Below the pieces are notes generated by a model that was not told where the DNA came from, ran no database searches, and saw only the letters and a list, made by a program, of their open reading frames with translations. This document shows, one piece after another, positions 1 to 57,241 of a stretch of DNA of 64,000 nt. Each line of letters opens with the position of its first letter. Position 1 is the stretch's first letter. The stretch comes from the human T2T-CHM13v2.0 reference genome, Homo sapiens, in the NCBI RefSeq assembly GCF_009914755.1, contig NC_060925.1. One strand, given 5' to 3'. The position numbers and the translations under genes were made by a program.

Positions 1-3000
1 AGGACACTCCAAAAAATGTTTCTCTGTCTCCAGGAAGCCTGTGTCTAAGTCATGGACAATAGCTGGGTGTTTTCCAGCTTTTAAATCTCTTCAAGGAAAT
101 TGGAACATGACTGATCCCATCCTGGACCAAATTTCAAAAGACATTTTTGCAGACAAATTAGCTTCCTAGTTGTGTCACCTGAATTACTACTAAACCACAC
201 TGTCTCCTTCCATTGACCACATGGCCCCAAATAAGAGATTTTGCCCTCCCGTCATTACTGAAAAATTTTCAACTTTTCTTCCAATTCATTCCTCATATAG
301 GACTTATTTATATTAGACATTTGACAATGCAATTTTAAAGGAGAAGTACAAATCACTATTAAAATGTATATGACATATTTATTGATTTTTGTTCAATTGT
401 TAAGAAGTTTGTAACTTTTTTTTCCTTTTTTCTTCTGTGAAGTGGCACTCTGAAAGCCAGCTGATAGGCTTCTGAGTCAGCGTTGCTGTTTCTAATTATT
501 GAATATCTAGAAGCAGCTCCAGACAACTGCTCAGCATTACGTTCCCACCAGCCAAACCTGAGAGACAGAATTCTTGGTTACAAAATGCTGGAGTTAAGGG
601 TTGAAAGACAACTTCCATTATAACCTCCTGTTTTCACTCACTTAAAATTGCCCAAAAATTGTCCTCTTGCTCCAAATCATTTCATGCTCTGTTTCCACCC
701 CAAGGATGAAATTGCTTGGAAAGTTTGAACAAAAGTGGTTTAGCCAGTTTGGATTCAGGCAATTTGGGGGAGAATATCCTTTTTCAACTGAAAAACAAAT
801 AATGTGTATCTCTGGCTATGGACAACCCCAAAGCAGCTGTCACCTTATAGCATCGGTTCTCTTGTGTGGGTGGTCAGCTTTATCCAAGAAAGGAAGTGTC
901 TGTGGATACAGTGGAAATCCAGAATCTCAAAGAAGAAATCAGAAGCAATGATGGTATGGATTTGTGCTTTCTGTTCTACAATTTGGTTGCCGATGGGGAA
1001 GGAGGGCAGGAGGAGAAGGACTTATATTATCTGCAGAATAAAGACTGTCCTCTTTTCCTAGAATTAACTGTTTTGTTTGCAATAGAATACAGTGGCTAAA
1101 AGTATGGGATTTAAATTAAGGCATTCATGGATTCGAGTTTGGATTCTGCCCATGACTAGCTATGTGACACAATTAGTAATAAAACCTCCCTAAGCATTGA
1201 TATCCTCTCCATTAAAATGGGGATCATGATAGTAGCCACTTCATAGAAGTGCACTGAGGATAAAATAAGGCAATACATATGAAATGCTTGGCCCAATGTC
1301 TGGAGTACCATGTGCAGGCAATGTAGGTTGCCTGGTAGTAGAGCAATGGTAGTAATAGAGAAATACACAGACATGGCTGCATGTTGAATCTGTCAGTTGT
1401 GTTGACATCTAGGTTTTTGCCTTTCTGGATCCATTCCCAATTCTGGTGAGCACACCTCAGTTTTCATTTTTGGAAACCACTCCTTCCCAGGTTCAGCCCA
1501 TGTGATTCAGATGTTGCTATCCCTCCCACCATTCTCACAGGTGTATCTGGGACCTAATTCCAACAAAGTAGAGCTTGTGAATATCTGCTCCGGGATTTCT
1601 GCTGGAACGTGGGCAAAGAGAAGATCTCTCCTCCTTTGGCTAGGGTCACTGGCCCACAAGAATGCCAACTTAGAGTTCCTGGAAGTCACTTTTTGTCAAG
1701 CTTACCAAGAATGACTCTAACAGAGAGAAATACAGACCCCAGAGATAGCAAGAGTCCTGAAGGCATTATCCGAGTGCCTGGGCCCTCTGTACCTGCAGCT
1801 GGTCCTGTCCTAAGACTTTCAGTTTTGTGAGACTTTTTTCTTAAACCAGATTGAATTGGACCTGTATTATTTCCATTAGTCCTCTTCAAAAAAGAAGCTC
1901 AAGGCTAAAAGCATCCAGCAGTGAGGCAGAACTCTTCATGATGTTTGGAAAACATGTATTTTTTCTGCTTCTACTTTGCTGGCAGCTTTGGACAAGTCCC
2001 TTTGCCCTCTGGGTCTCTAGGACCTCTACAGTGAGATCAGGCAGAAGTAAGAAGGGGCCGCTGAAGTTGCAACATCCTGAGCATCTATGATTTGGAGGAA
2101 ATAGAGTATAGGGGAATCACAGTCTATACTTAGGTTTTTGGTGACAAAGGAGAAATTAAGAGTTTGTGGTTAAAAGTTAGAGTCTGTCTCACTTTAGAGA
2201 TTAATTTTGACTTTCAGCTTTACTACTTGTTGTGGGACCATGGGCAAGTGACTCGGCCTCTCTGAGACTCCTCTTCAATTGTAATATAAAGATACTAAGA
2301 TTAGCTAGAGAAAGGAACTTTCTACTCTTCCTAATCTCACATACTCATTTTAGCCCAAAGATGAAGGGCTCCTGCTTTTCTACTGGACATAAAAGTCCTT
2401 GATGAAATCCTTTGGCTTCCCTGTCCGCACTGTCACTTGCTCCTCTTCATAGGAGAGAGGTAACTAGTCAGATTGGTGAGATTAAGAAAAGCAGCCATTT
2501 GTTCAGCCATGTTTCTGCCTTGGGCAAGGTGGAGGGGTAAAATCTTGACCTGTTGCCTGGACCTGCATGTGTTGAAGTTCAGTGAGCCACATGCTTCCAG
2601 GACCCATGGGATGAATCCCTGAACAGGGGCACTCTCACCACAGAAGGTCCCCATTCTTCAGCTTCTCCACCTGGGAAAGCATAGGTAAGTCAGGTCAGCC
2701 CTGCACTGTGGACTTGGACATCTGTAATTCAGGAAGGGAAGAGGGTAGAAAAGCCTGTCATGTTCTCCATTCAAGATCGGTCTCTTACAAAGCAAATACT
2801 TTGATCCCCACCTGGCTCCTTGAGTCTGTTGTTAGGTTAATGAGAAAATGATTCTGGGACCTTTGGACGAAGGAGATTCCTCCAACAAGACCCCAAAATT
2901 GCAAACCATAAAGTGAGAAACGGATGGATTTGACCACACCAAAATTAAAGATTCTGCTGGAGTGAACAGATGGTATTAGATTGGGAGAAACTACTTGTAA

Positions 3001-3004
3001 CATT

Positions 3005-3308
3005 TCTGTTATAAAACAGCAGAAATTTCTCATAGTTCTGGAGACTGGGAAGTCCAAGATCAAAGGACTAGCAAGTCTGGTTTCTGATAAGGGCCCACTT
3101 CCTGGCTCATAGATGGCCAACTTCTGATTGTGTCCTCATGTGGTGGAAGGACCAAGGGATCTCTCTTGAGTCTCTTTTATAAGGGCACTAATCCCATTCT
3201 CTGCCCCCATGATCACCTATCAAAAGCCCCACCTCCCCCATTGCCTTAGGGGTTAAGATTTCAACATTTGAAATGGGGAGGAGGGACATAAACATTCAGT
3301 CCATTGCA
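3005..3308 (-). mobile_element. MaLR LTR (MLT1/MST type)
   Basis: gttctggagactgggaagtccaagatcaa...cttttataagggcactaatcccatt...cattcagtccattgca. Confidence 0.7.
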
Positions 3309-3359
3309 ATATATAGTAAGCACTTGCCCCTTCTAGGCCAGGCCTAAATTGTAATTCTT

Positions 3360-3950
3360 TTAAGATAAGCAATAGAACACACATAAGAAATCTGAATGGC
3401 TAATAAGGAAAGAGAAGATCCCAACCTTTCTAGTAATAAGAGAAAGACAAATCAGAGAAAGACTTTGTATGAAGCACACTGACAAAATTAGAAATTTGAA
3501 CTATAACAAATGCTAAGAAGGATGTGTGGAAATGAGACCCTTATGCACTGGTGGGAGTATATACTATATATATATATAGGTGCAAATGTTTGGAAAACAG
3601 TAGGAAAGTACAGTGAAACTGGGTATGTGGATACTCTGCAATTAGGCAATTCCTACTCCTGGGTATACACCCCAGAGACACTCCCATACAGGTAAGCAAG
3701 GAGACGTATGCAAGAATGCCTGTCATGGTAAAGAGCTGTCAGCCATCTACGTGTTTACTGAAACACTGTGCAGCAATTAAAAGGAACTGGCCAGAGTTAC
3801 ACAGAGCATCGCTGATGGATGGCAAAGCACAGTAATGAGAGAAACAAAGAAGAATGGATAAAATGAAACTGATACCAAAAAAGTCATTCGTATACAGTTT
3901 TAAAACAACAAAATAATACCATATAATTTCCATGGATGTCATGTATAGAA
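3360..3950 (+). mobile_element. Old L1 (L1M-type) 3' fragment
   Basis: Degenerate ORF2 3'/UTR motifs (ggaaaacag..gcaattcctactcctgggtatacaccc..acactgtgcagcaattaaaagga). Confidence 0.55.
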
Positions 3951-4157
3951 ATAAACCTTTGGAAGGTGGATTTTCAAGGACCCACTAGAAAAAAAATAGG
4001 AACTTGGAATCTTTGGGGAAGATTTGGATCTGAGATAGCAGATGACAGGAGAAGAATAAACAAAAGAGGTAAATTGGATGGTCTGTTTTGCCATCAACTG
4101 AGATAAATAAACTCAATTCTGCTCACCTGGGATTAGAAACCATCTTTATAAATCTAT

Positions 4158-4366
4158 ATATATATATTTTTTGAAACAGGGTCTCACTCTGTTTGGAGTG
4201 CAATGGAGCAATCACGGCTCACTGCAGCCTTGACCTCCTGGGCTCAAGAGATCCTCTCACCTCAACCTCCCGAGTAGCTGAGAATACAGGTGTGCACCAC
4301 CATACCTGGCTAATTTTGTTTTTTGTATTTTTTGTAGAGATGGGGTATTGCTATCTTGCCCAGGCT
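4158..4366 (-). mobile_element. 5'-truncated AluJ-like element
   Basis: cactgcagccttgacctcctgggctcaag; flanked by TSD ttataaatctat. Confidence 0.85.
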
Positions 4367-5411
4367 TATAAATCTATCCTTTAACAGCACACTAAACCCA
4401 TAGCAGGTGTTCAACTCATAATTATTTAATAATTTTTTAATCTGTGTGTTTTATCCTTCAGATCCTGGGCTTTCTAAGGAATAGGACTTTTTCAGCGTTC
4501 TCTCTGAAACCAGTGCCCAGAGCTTAGGGTGAGCTCCTGCTTTCATGTAAGGTAATGAAGTAGAATGTCAATCTATCTCTAAAAGACATTATTGATTTGA
4601 TGAGGTAGAAGGAACTTTAGAGATTATCTGGTTAGAATCTTTGATTTTACGGAAGAGAAAGCTGAAGGCCTGAGAGGTTTAGAGACATGCCTAGGTCAGA
4701 CAACTCACCTGCCCTCTAACTCCCTGTCCCCTGCTCCTTCCACTGGGCCACCTGCCATCAGCATTGCTCCTCCTAAGGGCATTGCAACTTCAGCTTGCTG
4801 TGAACACCCACATCTGGCTCTGCAAATTTGGGAAGGGCTGATCTGGCACTTTTGTACTCTGCATGACAACCAGGAAAAGAACAACAGAAAATTTCCCTAA
4901 AACATCTCCCCATTAAAAGCTCGCATTTAGCCATTCTCAAATATCTCAAATTCTACCTGTGGGAAAGAGGTCTGACTGTCATGTTGCTGTGGGAACAATA
5001 TTGTTGTACAGAGTGGTCACCCGCTTTGAAGAACCAGTCCTGATGTGGCATTAGCCTTCGGCTTTGTATGTGATGCCGGTGAATTGGCAGTTACATACCT
5101 GTGTCCCCTTTAGCTAGTGGGGTGGCTGACAGGTGAGGAGGAGGTTGTTCTTTCCCAGCCTGAACCTGACTCCTTTTCATGCATTCTCTATGGGATGCTC
5201 CAACCATTCCCCCTTGAGATTCCTCTTCTAAGCCCATTTCCCGAGTCTGAAGTAAACACTCCATTGAGTGAGTATCTGGCTAAGGGCACCCTTTCCTCTG
5301 AGTCTATTTGAAGTTCATTTCTCAAACTACTCTTTTTGTTTTCAATTTTTAAAGTCCCTTCCCTCTCAGTCCTCCTGGAAGCGGCTTTCTCCGGGATGTG
5401 ATGCCCCTGAG

Positions 5412-5430
5412 CGGACAGCAGAGGGCGCCC
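5412..5430 (+). promoter_or_regulatory. CTCF-like motif
   Basis: cggacagcagagggcgccc resembles consensus CCASCAGRKGGCRS; lies in a locally CpG-retaining, repeat-free patch. Confidence 0.55.
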
Positions 5431-6374
5431 ATGCCTAACAATCTTCCCGCACAAAGTGTGCAGCCGGGAGGGGCAGGTTGCAAGAGTCCCTCGCAGCTGC
5501 ACAACCCAAGATGCCTCCCCTGGGGAGGCTGGGCGGGGCCAGTTCCTCTGTGGTCTGTGGTCTGTGGTCTGTGGTCAGAGATGGTTGTGTGCGCCAGCAC
5601 TGTCACGGGAGACATTTCCATGGAGTTTTCTGTAGAGGAGGGTGAAAGCTGCTCTTCCTGGCTGGGAAAGAGTTTGGGTCTCCAGTTCTCTTCATAAACT
5701 AACAAACCTCTTATTCAAATCTGCCTTCCCTGCCTGCCTTCGGAGAAAAGGGGTTTGTGCCTTCCATTCCACTCCGCACTTAGCCCCTCCCAGTAACTCC
5801 TTAATTAATCGTGTAGCTGCCGCCCCAAGCTTTCTCCTAGTGGAAAGGCATTGTTGATTTATTGCCTGAAGCCTTGAGATCGTTTGGCTCCAAGACCCAG
5901 TTCTTCCAGAGCCTGAGTCAGTTTTTTTGAGTTACAGAAGTGGTGGCAAATTTTCATTCATAGAGGGTAGATTTGGTTTTTAAAAATGATCAAATGCCAT
6001 TCAGCTCCAAATCTCTTGAGCAATGTAGGAAATAAAGCTGAGAATATGAATGTGCCAGCCTGGGCCCTGGTGTATGCTGGGTTCCGGATTGATGGGCATG
6101 TTACATGAACCTGGACCAGGAGATATGTTATAGTTGTTGTTATTTAATAAGTCTTTACTATAGAATCATGAGATCATGTATCTTAGGTGGCCTTAAACCA
6201 GCTCTGAAGACAAATGTAAAAGGGAACTATCCAAGGAAAATATCACTGTAGTAAAACTCCTGAAGGAGATGTTAGCTAAATGTTGGTTTGTTTATCCAAG
6301 TTCCACATTTATTAAAAAACACCATCCCTTATTATTTTATGTTTGTTCTTCATATATACCAATCCCTCAACCTA

Positions 6375-6656
<282 letters not shown>

Positions 6657-6719
6657 CTACCACCGTGTGTGTCCCAAGACAAGCCATTGAATCTCTAGAG
6701 TCTCAGTTTCTCATCTTTA

Positions 6720-7025
<306 letters not shown>

Positions 7026-7469
7026 CTACCACCATGTGTGTCCCAAGACAAGTCATTGAATCTCTAGAGTCTCAGTTTCTCATCTTTAACATGGAGTCCT
7101 CAACAGCTCCCCTGCCTTCTTCTCCAAGGCCAGATTACCACCACAGATCTTCGTGTGTGCTTTGTGAACTTCAAAGTGCTGTAGGTGTATTGTTGCTTAG
7201 GATACCTTGATCCTTGTGCTTTCTGCTTTTTTCCATTGTAAGTTCCCTGAACGCAAAGAACATGCCTCAAGTTCTTGGGCCATTGCCCACTGTGCCCATG
7301 AAGGGTAACTTGGCAGTCAATGGAGACCTCATACCTTATCTTAACATCCTACCCAGGACAGGTTTTCTGGCTCAGGGCTCCAGTGGGGAGGCTCCTGGGC
7401 TTGCTATGGGAACACACCACTTTCAGTGGGCTGCCGTGTACTGGGAATGAAACCAGAGGTGCCAATTGC

Positions 7470-7950
7470 ACTAACATGTGTTGAATGCCAACTTTGGGCT
7501 GGGCACTCCATTCAAAGATGTTGTGGATATGCAGTTGAATCAGACATGATCTCCTGCTCTCAAGGAGTTTACAAGTAAAGTTGATAGCATATACAACGAG
7601 TCAATAATGCAACGTGCAGTGCTGAATGGGTTCCCAGTGGAGACACAGAATAATGATAATGTTACAAAGATGGAGAGATCAGGAGGAGCTTCACAGAGAT
7701 GTGGCCTTTGAACTGGTCTTAAAGGATGAGTAGGACTCAGGTAGCTACAGCTGGTGAAGGAGTCATGCCAGGCAGAGAGGAATGTCTGAGCAAAGACGTA
7801 GACAGCAGGTCATTTGAGAAATAGCTAAATCAGCTGGAGGTGTGTGTGATGTACAGAAGGAGAGAGCTGGGAACTTTTTCTTTGGGGCCTAGCCATGGAC
7901 AGCCTTAATTGCCCTGATAAAAAGCTGGGGCTTATCTCAGAGGCAGAACT
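7470..7950. mobile_element. L2 fragment
   Basis: cctgctctcaaggagtttac..., ttaaaggatgagtagga..., gccaggcagagaggaa L2 motifs. Confidence 0.55.
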
Positions 7951-9301
7951 AAATCATAACAGCTGATGCTTTGGGCAGATGGACTCAGACAAGCCATGTA
8001 GGCTATTCCAGAGGCAGAAGTGAAAATGATGTTGCTAAGTCTGAGAGACTGGTAACCAAAGAAGGCAAAGTCAAGCTGGTGCATGCCTGGGGCCTGGGTT
8101 TTTACAAGTGCAGCTGGTATTGCAAAGCCTCTACAGTCAATGAAATGCAAACAGAAAAGCTTTATGCTTTTCCAGCCAGTCTTCAAACCAACTCTCTGCT
8201 GTTCCCACTCCTTGCCTATTAACAGTACTTCAGGCAAAGCCCAGAATATCTCATTTCAGTAGTTATAAAGTCTGGTCTTAACCAAACTTAGTGGTCAATT
8301 CTTTCTCTCTGCCTCTACCTTCTTCCCCCTCCTTCCTTTTTTGGGTCTTCCTTCACTCTCTACCAGGGAATTGGGCCCTGGAGAAAGGATGAGAAGAGAG
8401 AGAAGTGCTCTTAAGTACGTGGTGCTGTTGATGCCTTCCATGTGGCAAGTATCAACAGGTGGGTCTTCTTAGTGCACATGGTGAGCTTTCAGGAGGCCCC
8501 ATGGGGAACTCTGTGCTGCGAGCTAATAGGTATGGGCAGCGAATGCTCTGCTTGACCCCTTAGTTCCTGCCCACAGCAGTTCAACCCACAGCCTCCTACT
8601 GCGGGAGTCCCCTTGCCTTGAGAGGCCACTCTGTTGGTTTGGTACCTTCGGGATATTCTAAACACAACTTTTTTCCAGGGAATTCACTTGGCCCACAGAA
8701 AATGCCATATCCTGGACAAACGAAGTACAGGGAGGGGAGCGGTGGGATACAGTGCTCTCCCTTTCCTTCCCCACTTACACCCTCACAATGGGCCCCTGTC
8801 CTCAGAGGTCTCTATCAAGAAGAGACATCCATCTCGATGCTCACGGTAGCTCAGGCCCCTCCCAGCTCTCCCTCCCCACCCTCTGTGGCAAGGTGGGGCA
8901 GTGGGTTTCTGCTGCTAGGCAAGCATCAGCCAGGATGCCAGGTGCCAGCCTCCCCATTGTGTAGGTACCCACGCCCACTCAATAAGTGGCTCTTTTCTGC
9001 CCCCTTCATTTGCCACGGGAATGGGGATCCCTCCCTCTCGCTGTATACCCTGAAGGGGTAGGGTAAAGCCATGACTCTACTCCCCAAATACTCCTTATTC
9101 TACGGACTTCTCTCCTTAAATTCCAATCTTCTATGAACATTGGCTCAAGAAGAGGAATAAGTCACAGAACCAGCTCATCTACCTTCATAAGTCCTTAGAA
9201 CATGAGGGGACCTCATGGCCTCACCTTGGGGCTTTAGCCAAAATTCCAAAACGACAGGAAGATACTCTTTGGTATTTTATTCCATTAGTGACACTTTGTA
9301 G

Positions 9302-9500
9302 CAGAGTTTCACCATCTCAGTACTTGTGACATTTTGGGCCAGATAATTCTTTGCTGTGGGGCCATCCTGTGCATTATAGATGCTTAGCAGCATCCCCAGC
9401 CTCCATCTAGCAGAACTCCCCTTGTCATGACCATCAAAAGTGTCTTCAGATATTGCCAAATGTCCCTGGGGGTGGGGAGGGACACGCTTGTTCCCTGGTG
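9302..9500 (+). mobile_element. MER20 (hAT) fossil
   Basis: gacattttgggccagataattctttgctgtgggg..cctgtgcattatagatgcttagcagcatcccc..cagatattgccaaatgtccctgggg. Confidence 0.75.
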
Positions 9501-9504
9501 AGAC

Positions 9505-9796
9505 TTTTTTTTTTTTTTTTTTAGACCAAGTTTTACTCTTGTCACCCAGGCTGTAGTGCAATGGCGTGATCTCAGCTAACTGCAACCTCTGCCTCAAGCG
9601 ATTCTCCTGCCTCAGCCTCCCAAATAGCTGGGATTACAGGTGCCTGCCACCACGCCCAGCTAATTTTTGTATTTTTAGAAGAGACGGGGTTTCAGCATGT
9701 TGGCCAGGTTGGTCTTGAACTCCTGACCTCAGGTGGTCCGCCCGCCTCTGCCTCCCAAAGTGCCGGGATTACAGGCGTGAGCCATCATGCCTGGCC
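9505..9796 (-). mobile_element. AluS
   Basis: Poly-T, near-full reverse Alu, TSD tgagact. Confidence 0.95.
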
Positions 9797-11671
9797 TGAG
9801 ACTGCTTAATAGACTAAAGGAAGGCATTGAAAGTTTTTGAACAAGAAAGCAGTATAAAATTATAAACAAATATTTGGTTGATTTCACTAAAGGATATGAA
9901 AAAAATGGCCAAGGCCAAGAAATACTTACTGTGCAAATGACATCTTTTTCACAGTCTTTAATAGTGTACAAAGTACTGTCATTAAATTATCTCCCTTAAC
10001 TTTCACACCAACCATGTGAGGAAGGGTGGGCCCACACTGCACGGGTGAGTTGTCAGCGTGGAGGATGGGGGCTAAGGTGCGGAGAGCTCTCAGGTTAGGT
10101 AGGGTGTGGAGAAGGAGTTAGGTGTAGGGCGGGGCTTTTCCATGGAGTCTGGACTTTCTTTCCAGAGCAGGAATCCTGTAGAAGATATTTGGATGAATAA
10201 TAATAATAATAATGGTGTACTAAAATTAACTGAGAGCTCACTACGTGCTGGACATAGCCCTGTGTATGGTTCGTAGATCTTCTCATCTGCTTCTCTCAAC
10301 AGGCCCCTGTGGATAGGTACTATTATTTTTCACAGTTTACAAGGTAGAGAACTAAGGTCTAAAAGGTTAAATCACTTTCCCAGGGTTATTCAGTGATCAG
10401 ATGGGATTTTAATTGAGGCCGGCTGGGCTGACTCCGAGCCTGTGTTTGTAACCATGGCCCCTTCCTGCTTGCATTTCCTCCAATCTGACTCATAGGCAGG
10501 CTCCACAGTCATCAGAGCCCTGCACTCGCTTGGTCCCTGCAGCTCACCCAGGCTTTCCTGTTATCAGCACTGTTTGTTAGCAAAATGGGTTGGTTCATTG
10601 CCATTTGCCTGCTGAAAAGCGTTAAACCAAAACTAGAAACTAGAAATTGTTTGTCCCTTTTACAGTATGTTGGATGATCCAAGGCAGGCTGTGGAATAGA
10701 ATGTTCTGGCAATCTCCTCGAAACTCCAAGATTGTGTTTTAATTGCAATCTCAATCTTCAGCAGAAAATAAATTAATATTTTTGCCCATCTTCCGTGCCA
10801 GTCACAGCACTAAGAGCATTAGCTTATGTAATCCTCACAAGAATCCCATTTTACAGATTCGGTGATTGAGGCTCAGCGAGGTTTAAGTCCATCATGAATG
10901 ACAAAGTCAGGACTCAGAACCCAAGTATGTCTTATGTACATTCTCTTACACTAGGCTTTATGCATCTTTCATCTTTTTATCCTTATAAGATGTGTATTAT
11001 TATCTGACCTTTACAAATAAGAGAAGGAAATAAAAGGCAGAGAGGGTGAGTAACTTTCCCTAAATCCAAGACTACTGCTGGCAGAGCCAGGAGCCAGGCT
11101 CTGGCTGCCTAAGTCCAGAGTGACAAGCTTTTCACCCCAGAGCCATGAGCTCAGGCTCTACGAGAATTTGTGGAAAATAAGGCTTCATCCCTCTGTTTTA
11201 AGTCAGCTACGTAGTACAGGGTGTGGGACTCCAGAAACATTCGTCAGCCTTGACTGCGCTGTCCCCTCACACAGCTGATTCCGCTTGTAGGTGAGGCATG
11301 TGGAATGAGGAAAGCTTTTGCTCTTCAGCGATGTGGGGCCCTAGAAGCTTGTCATGGCTTCTGTGGAGCCGGGCCTTCAGGAAGGTGAACCTCAATCCAG
11401 GTGGGGCTGAACATCCACTCAGTTGCTCTTCCTAGGGTATAAGGAGGACCAGCTCAGGAAGGAGGTGGCCTTTGAGGCTCTGAATCTCATGGGACCAGCC
11501 CATGCAATGAAGACAGCCCAGCTCCTGCCAAGCTTCTGTTCAGGCTTAGTGAGGCTCCCTAGCAGCAGTTCGGGAGACATCGCACCTGATGGATGTGCAG
11601 CACCCTGCTGGGCCCTGACCACTCTGTGTTTTGCTGCAGGCAAGAGCTAGGGTTGGCTGGAAAAGGGATCA

Positions 11672-12122
<451 letters not shown>

Positions 12123-13291
12123 TTAACACCCACCTCCAACCATTTTCATCATAGTTCACAGTAAATGCAGATACACAAGTTAAGGGAAAGAACAGCAGAA
12201 TTAAGATTTTCATTCCATTGCTTAATGTCCAAGGCTAAGAGATCCCTAGATTTTTCTTAGTAATAAAGCGATGTTAGTTTTTCTACCATTGTATGTTCAC
12301 TGAGGGATGTATTTGGACTGGAGAGTTAATCATGGGGGTTTTGAGGGGACAAGTTATTGACAGGGAATGAGACAAATGTCATCCACATTGTCCTTTAGGG
12401 GATTTTTTCTAGTTGTGTGGAACCTAGTTCAACAACACAGATTACTGTGTGCTTTGTCCACCAGGCCCTGGGTCAGGTTCTGGTGGTATGGAAAAGGTAA
12501 AGCAGGACTGCCGTGTGCAGTTGTTCAGGCTGCACATTTACATTTACAACCCTAGGGGGTACCATGTAATTCACAGCATACATCGATTTGTGTATCTGTT
12601 AAGCCCTATTCCTGCAGATGGCAGGTACGTGAGTTGAAGACAGTGAGCTATATGGGCTGTCAGTGGTGTCAGACACAGTCTATACCTTCAAGGAGCTCAT
12701 TGTCCAGCCAATGGTTGGGATTCAAAAACTAGGTGACTCTGGACATCCTAGACTAGAAGGTGGGAGAGGTTTCCTCTCTTTCCCTTTTAAGAACAGGCTG
12801 CACAGGGTTAGATAAGATTAGAAAATAAATTTGGTGTACTCTAGTCTTTTGACTATCATTGCTAGCTCATGATATAACAGAAAAATCTATTCCTTTGTTA
12901 CCGCCTCCCACCAACTCCCAGAACCGGAGATCTTCCACCAACTCCCAGGACAGAGAACATCTCTCCTGTGGCCTTATACTCAATTGCCTCCAATTAGAAT
13001 AAGTCTTTTTCTGCTCATTATTCTTAGTAGAAAAACAAAAACAAAAAACCAAGTTAATTTTGAAAGACAGCATCTCTTCCCAGTCTCCCCAGAATGTGCC
13101 CTGGGGCAAAGCTGGCTGTGCAGCAAAGCCCAGCTTAGATTCAGGCATTGTGCTCTGGGATTTATGGTCTCAGGACCCCAGCCCCAGCCTCGACCCCAGC
13201 CTCTGATATCCCTTCTCTATGTCTGAGACGACTTCCCTGTAGCACAATAACACACCCCATGCTCCAGCAGTGCCAATTTCACACATATTAT

Positions 13292-13297
13292 TTTATT
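13292..13297 (-). terminator. Distal polyadenylation signal AATAAA
   Basis: tttatt on + strand, with UGUA upstream and GU-rich sequence (ggggtgtgttattgtg) downstream on the minus strand. Confidence 0.75.
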
Positions 13298-13481
13298 ACT
13301 CATTTGTTTGCTTTCCAGGGCAAATGAAAAAATAATTTAAACCAATTGTATGTACAGAGGCTTGATTAGTTTTCCCAAGAACTTCCAGAAAGTCTCCCAG
13401 CCCTGTAGACAGCAAAGCGTATTACCTTTAACATCTATACAAAAGTCCACCTATAAAAGTCTCATGTGTAGAAAGGTTTTC

Positions 13482-13487
13482 TTTATT
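13482..13487 (-). terminator. Proximal polyadenylation signal AATAAA
   Basis: tttatt on + strand, about 125 nt after the stop codon. Confidence 0.65.
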
Positions 13488-13611
13488 ATAAGCATCACAT
13501 TTTGGGGACAGCAAGGGGGTCAGGGTGGGAGGTGGAGGAAAGTGCAGGGTGGGGGTCCACACACACCTGCCCAGGGGTCATCCTGGCTGGGGAGGCTGTG
13601 GCTGGTGGGGC

Positions 13612-57241
<43,630 letters not shown>

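Larger units (their letters stand above)
13270..13611 (-). other. RXRG: RXRG 3' UTR (long form; end approximate)
   Basis: Runs from the stop codon to about 20 nt past the distal AATAAA. Confidence 0.7.
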
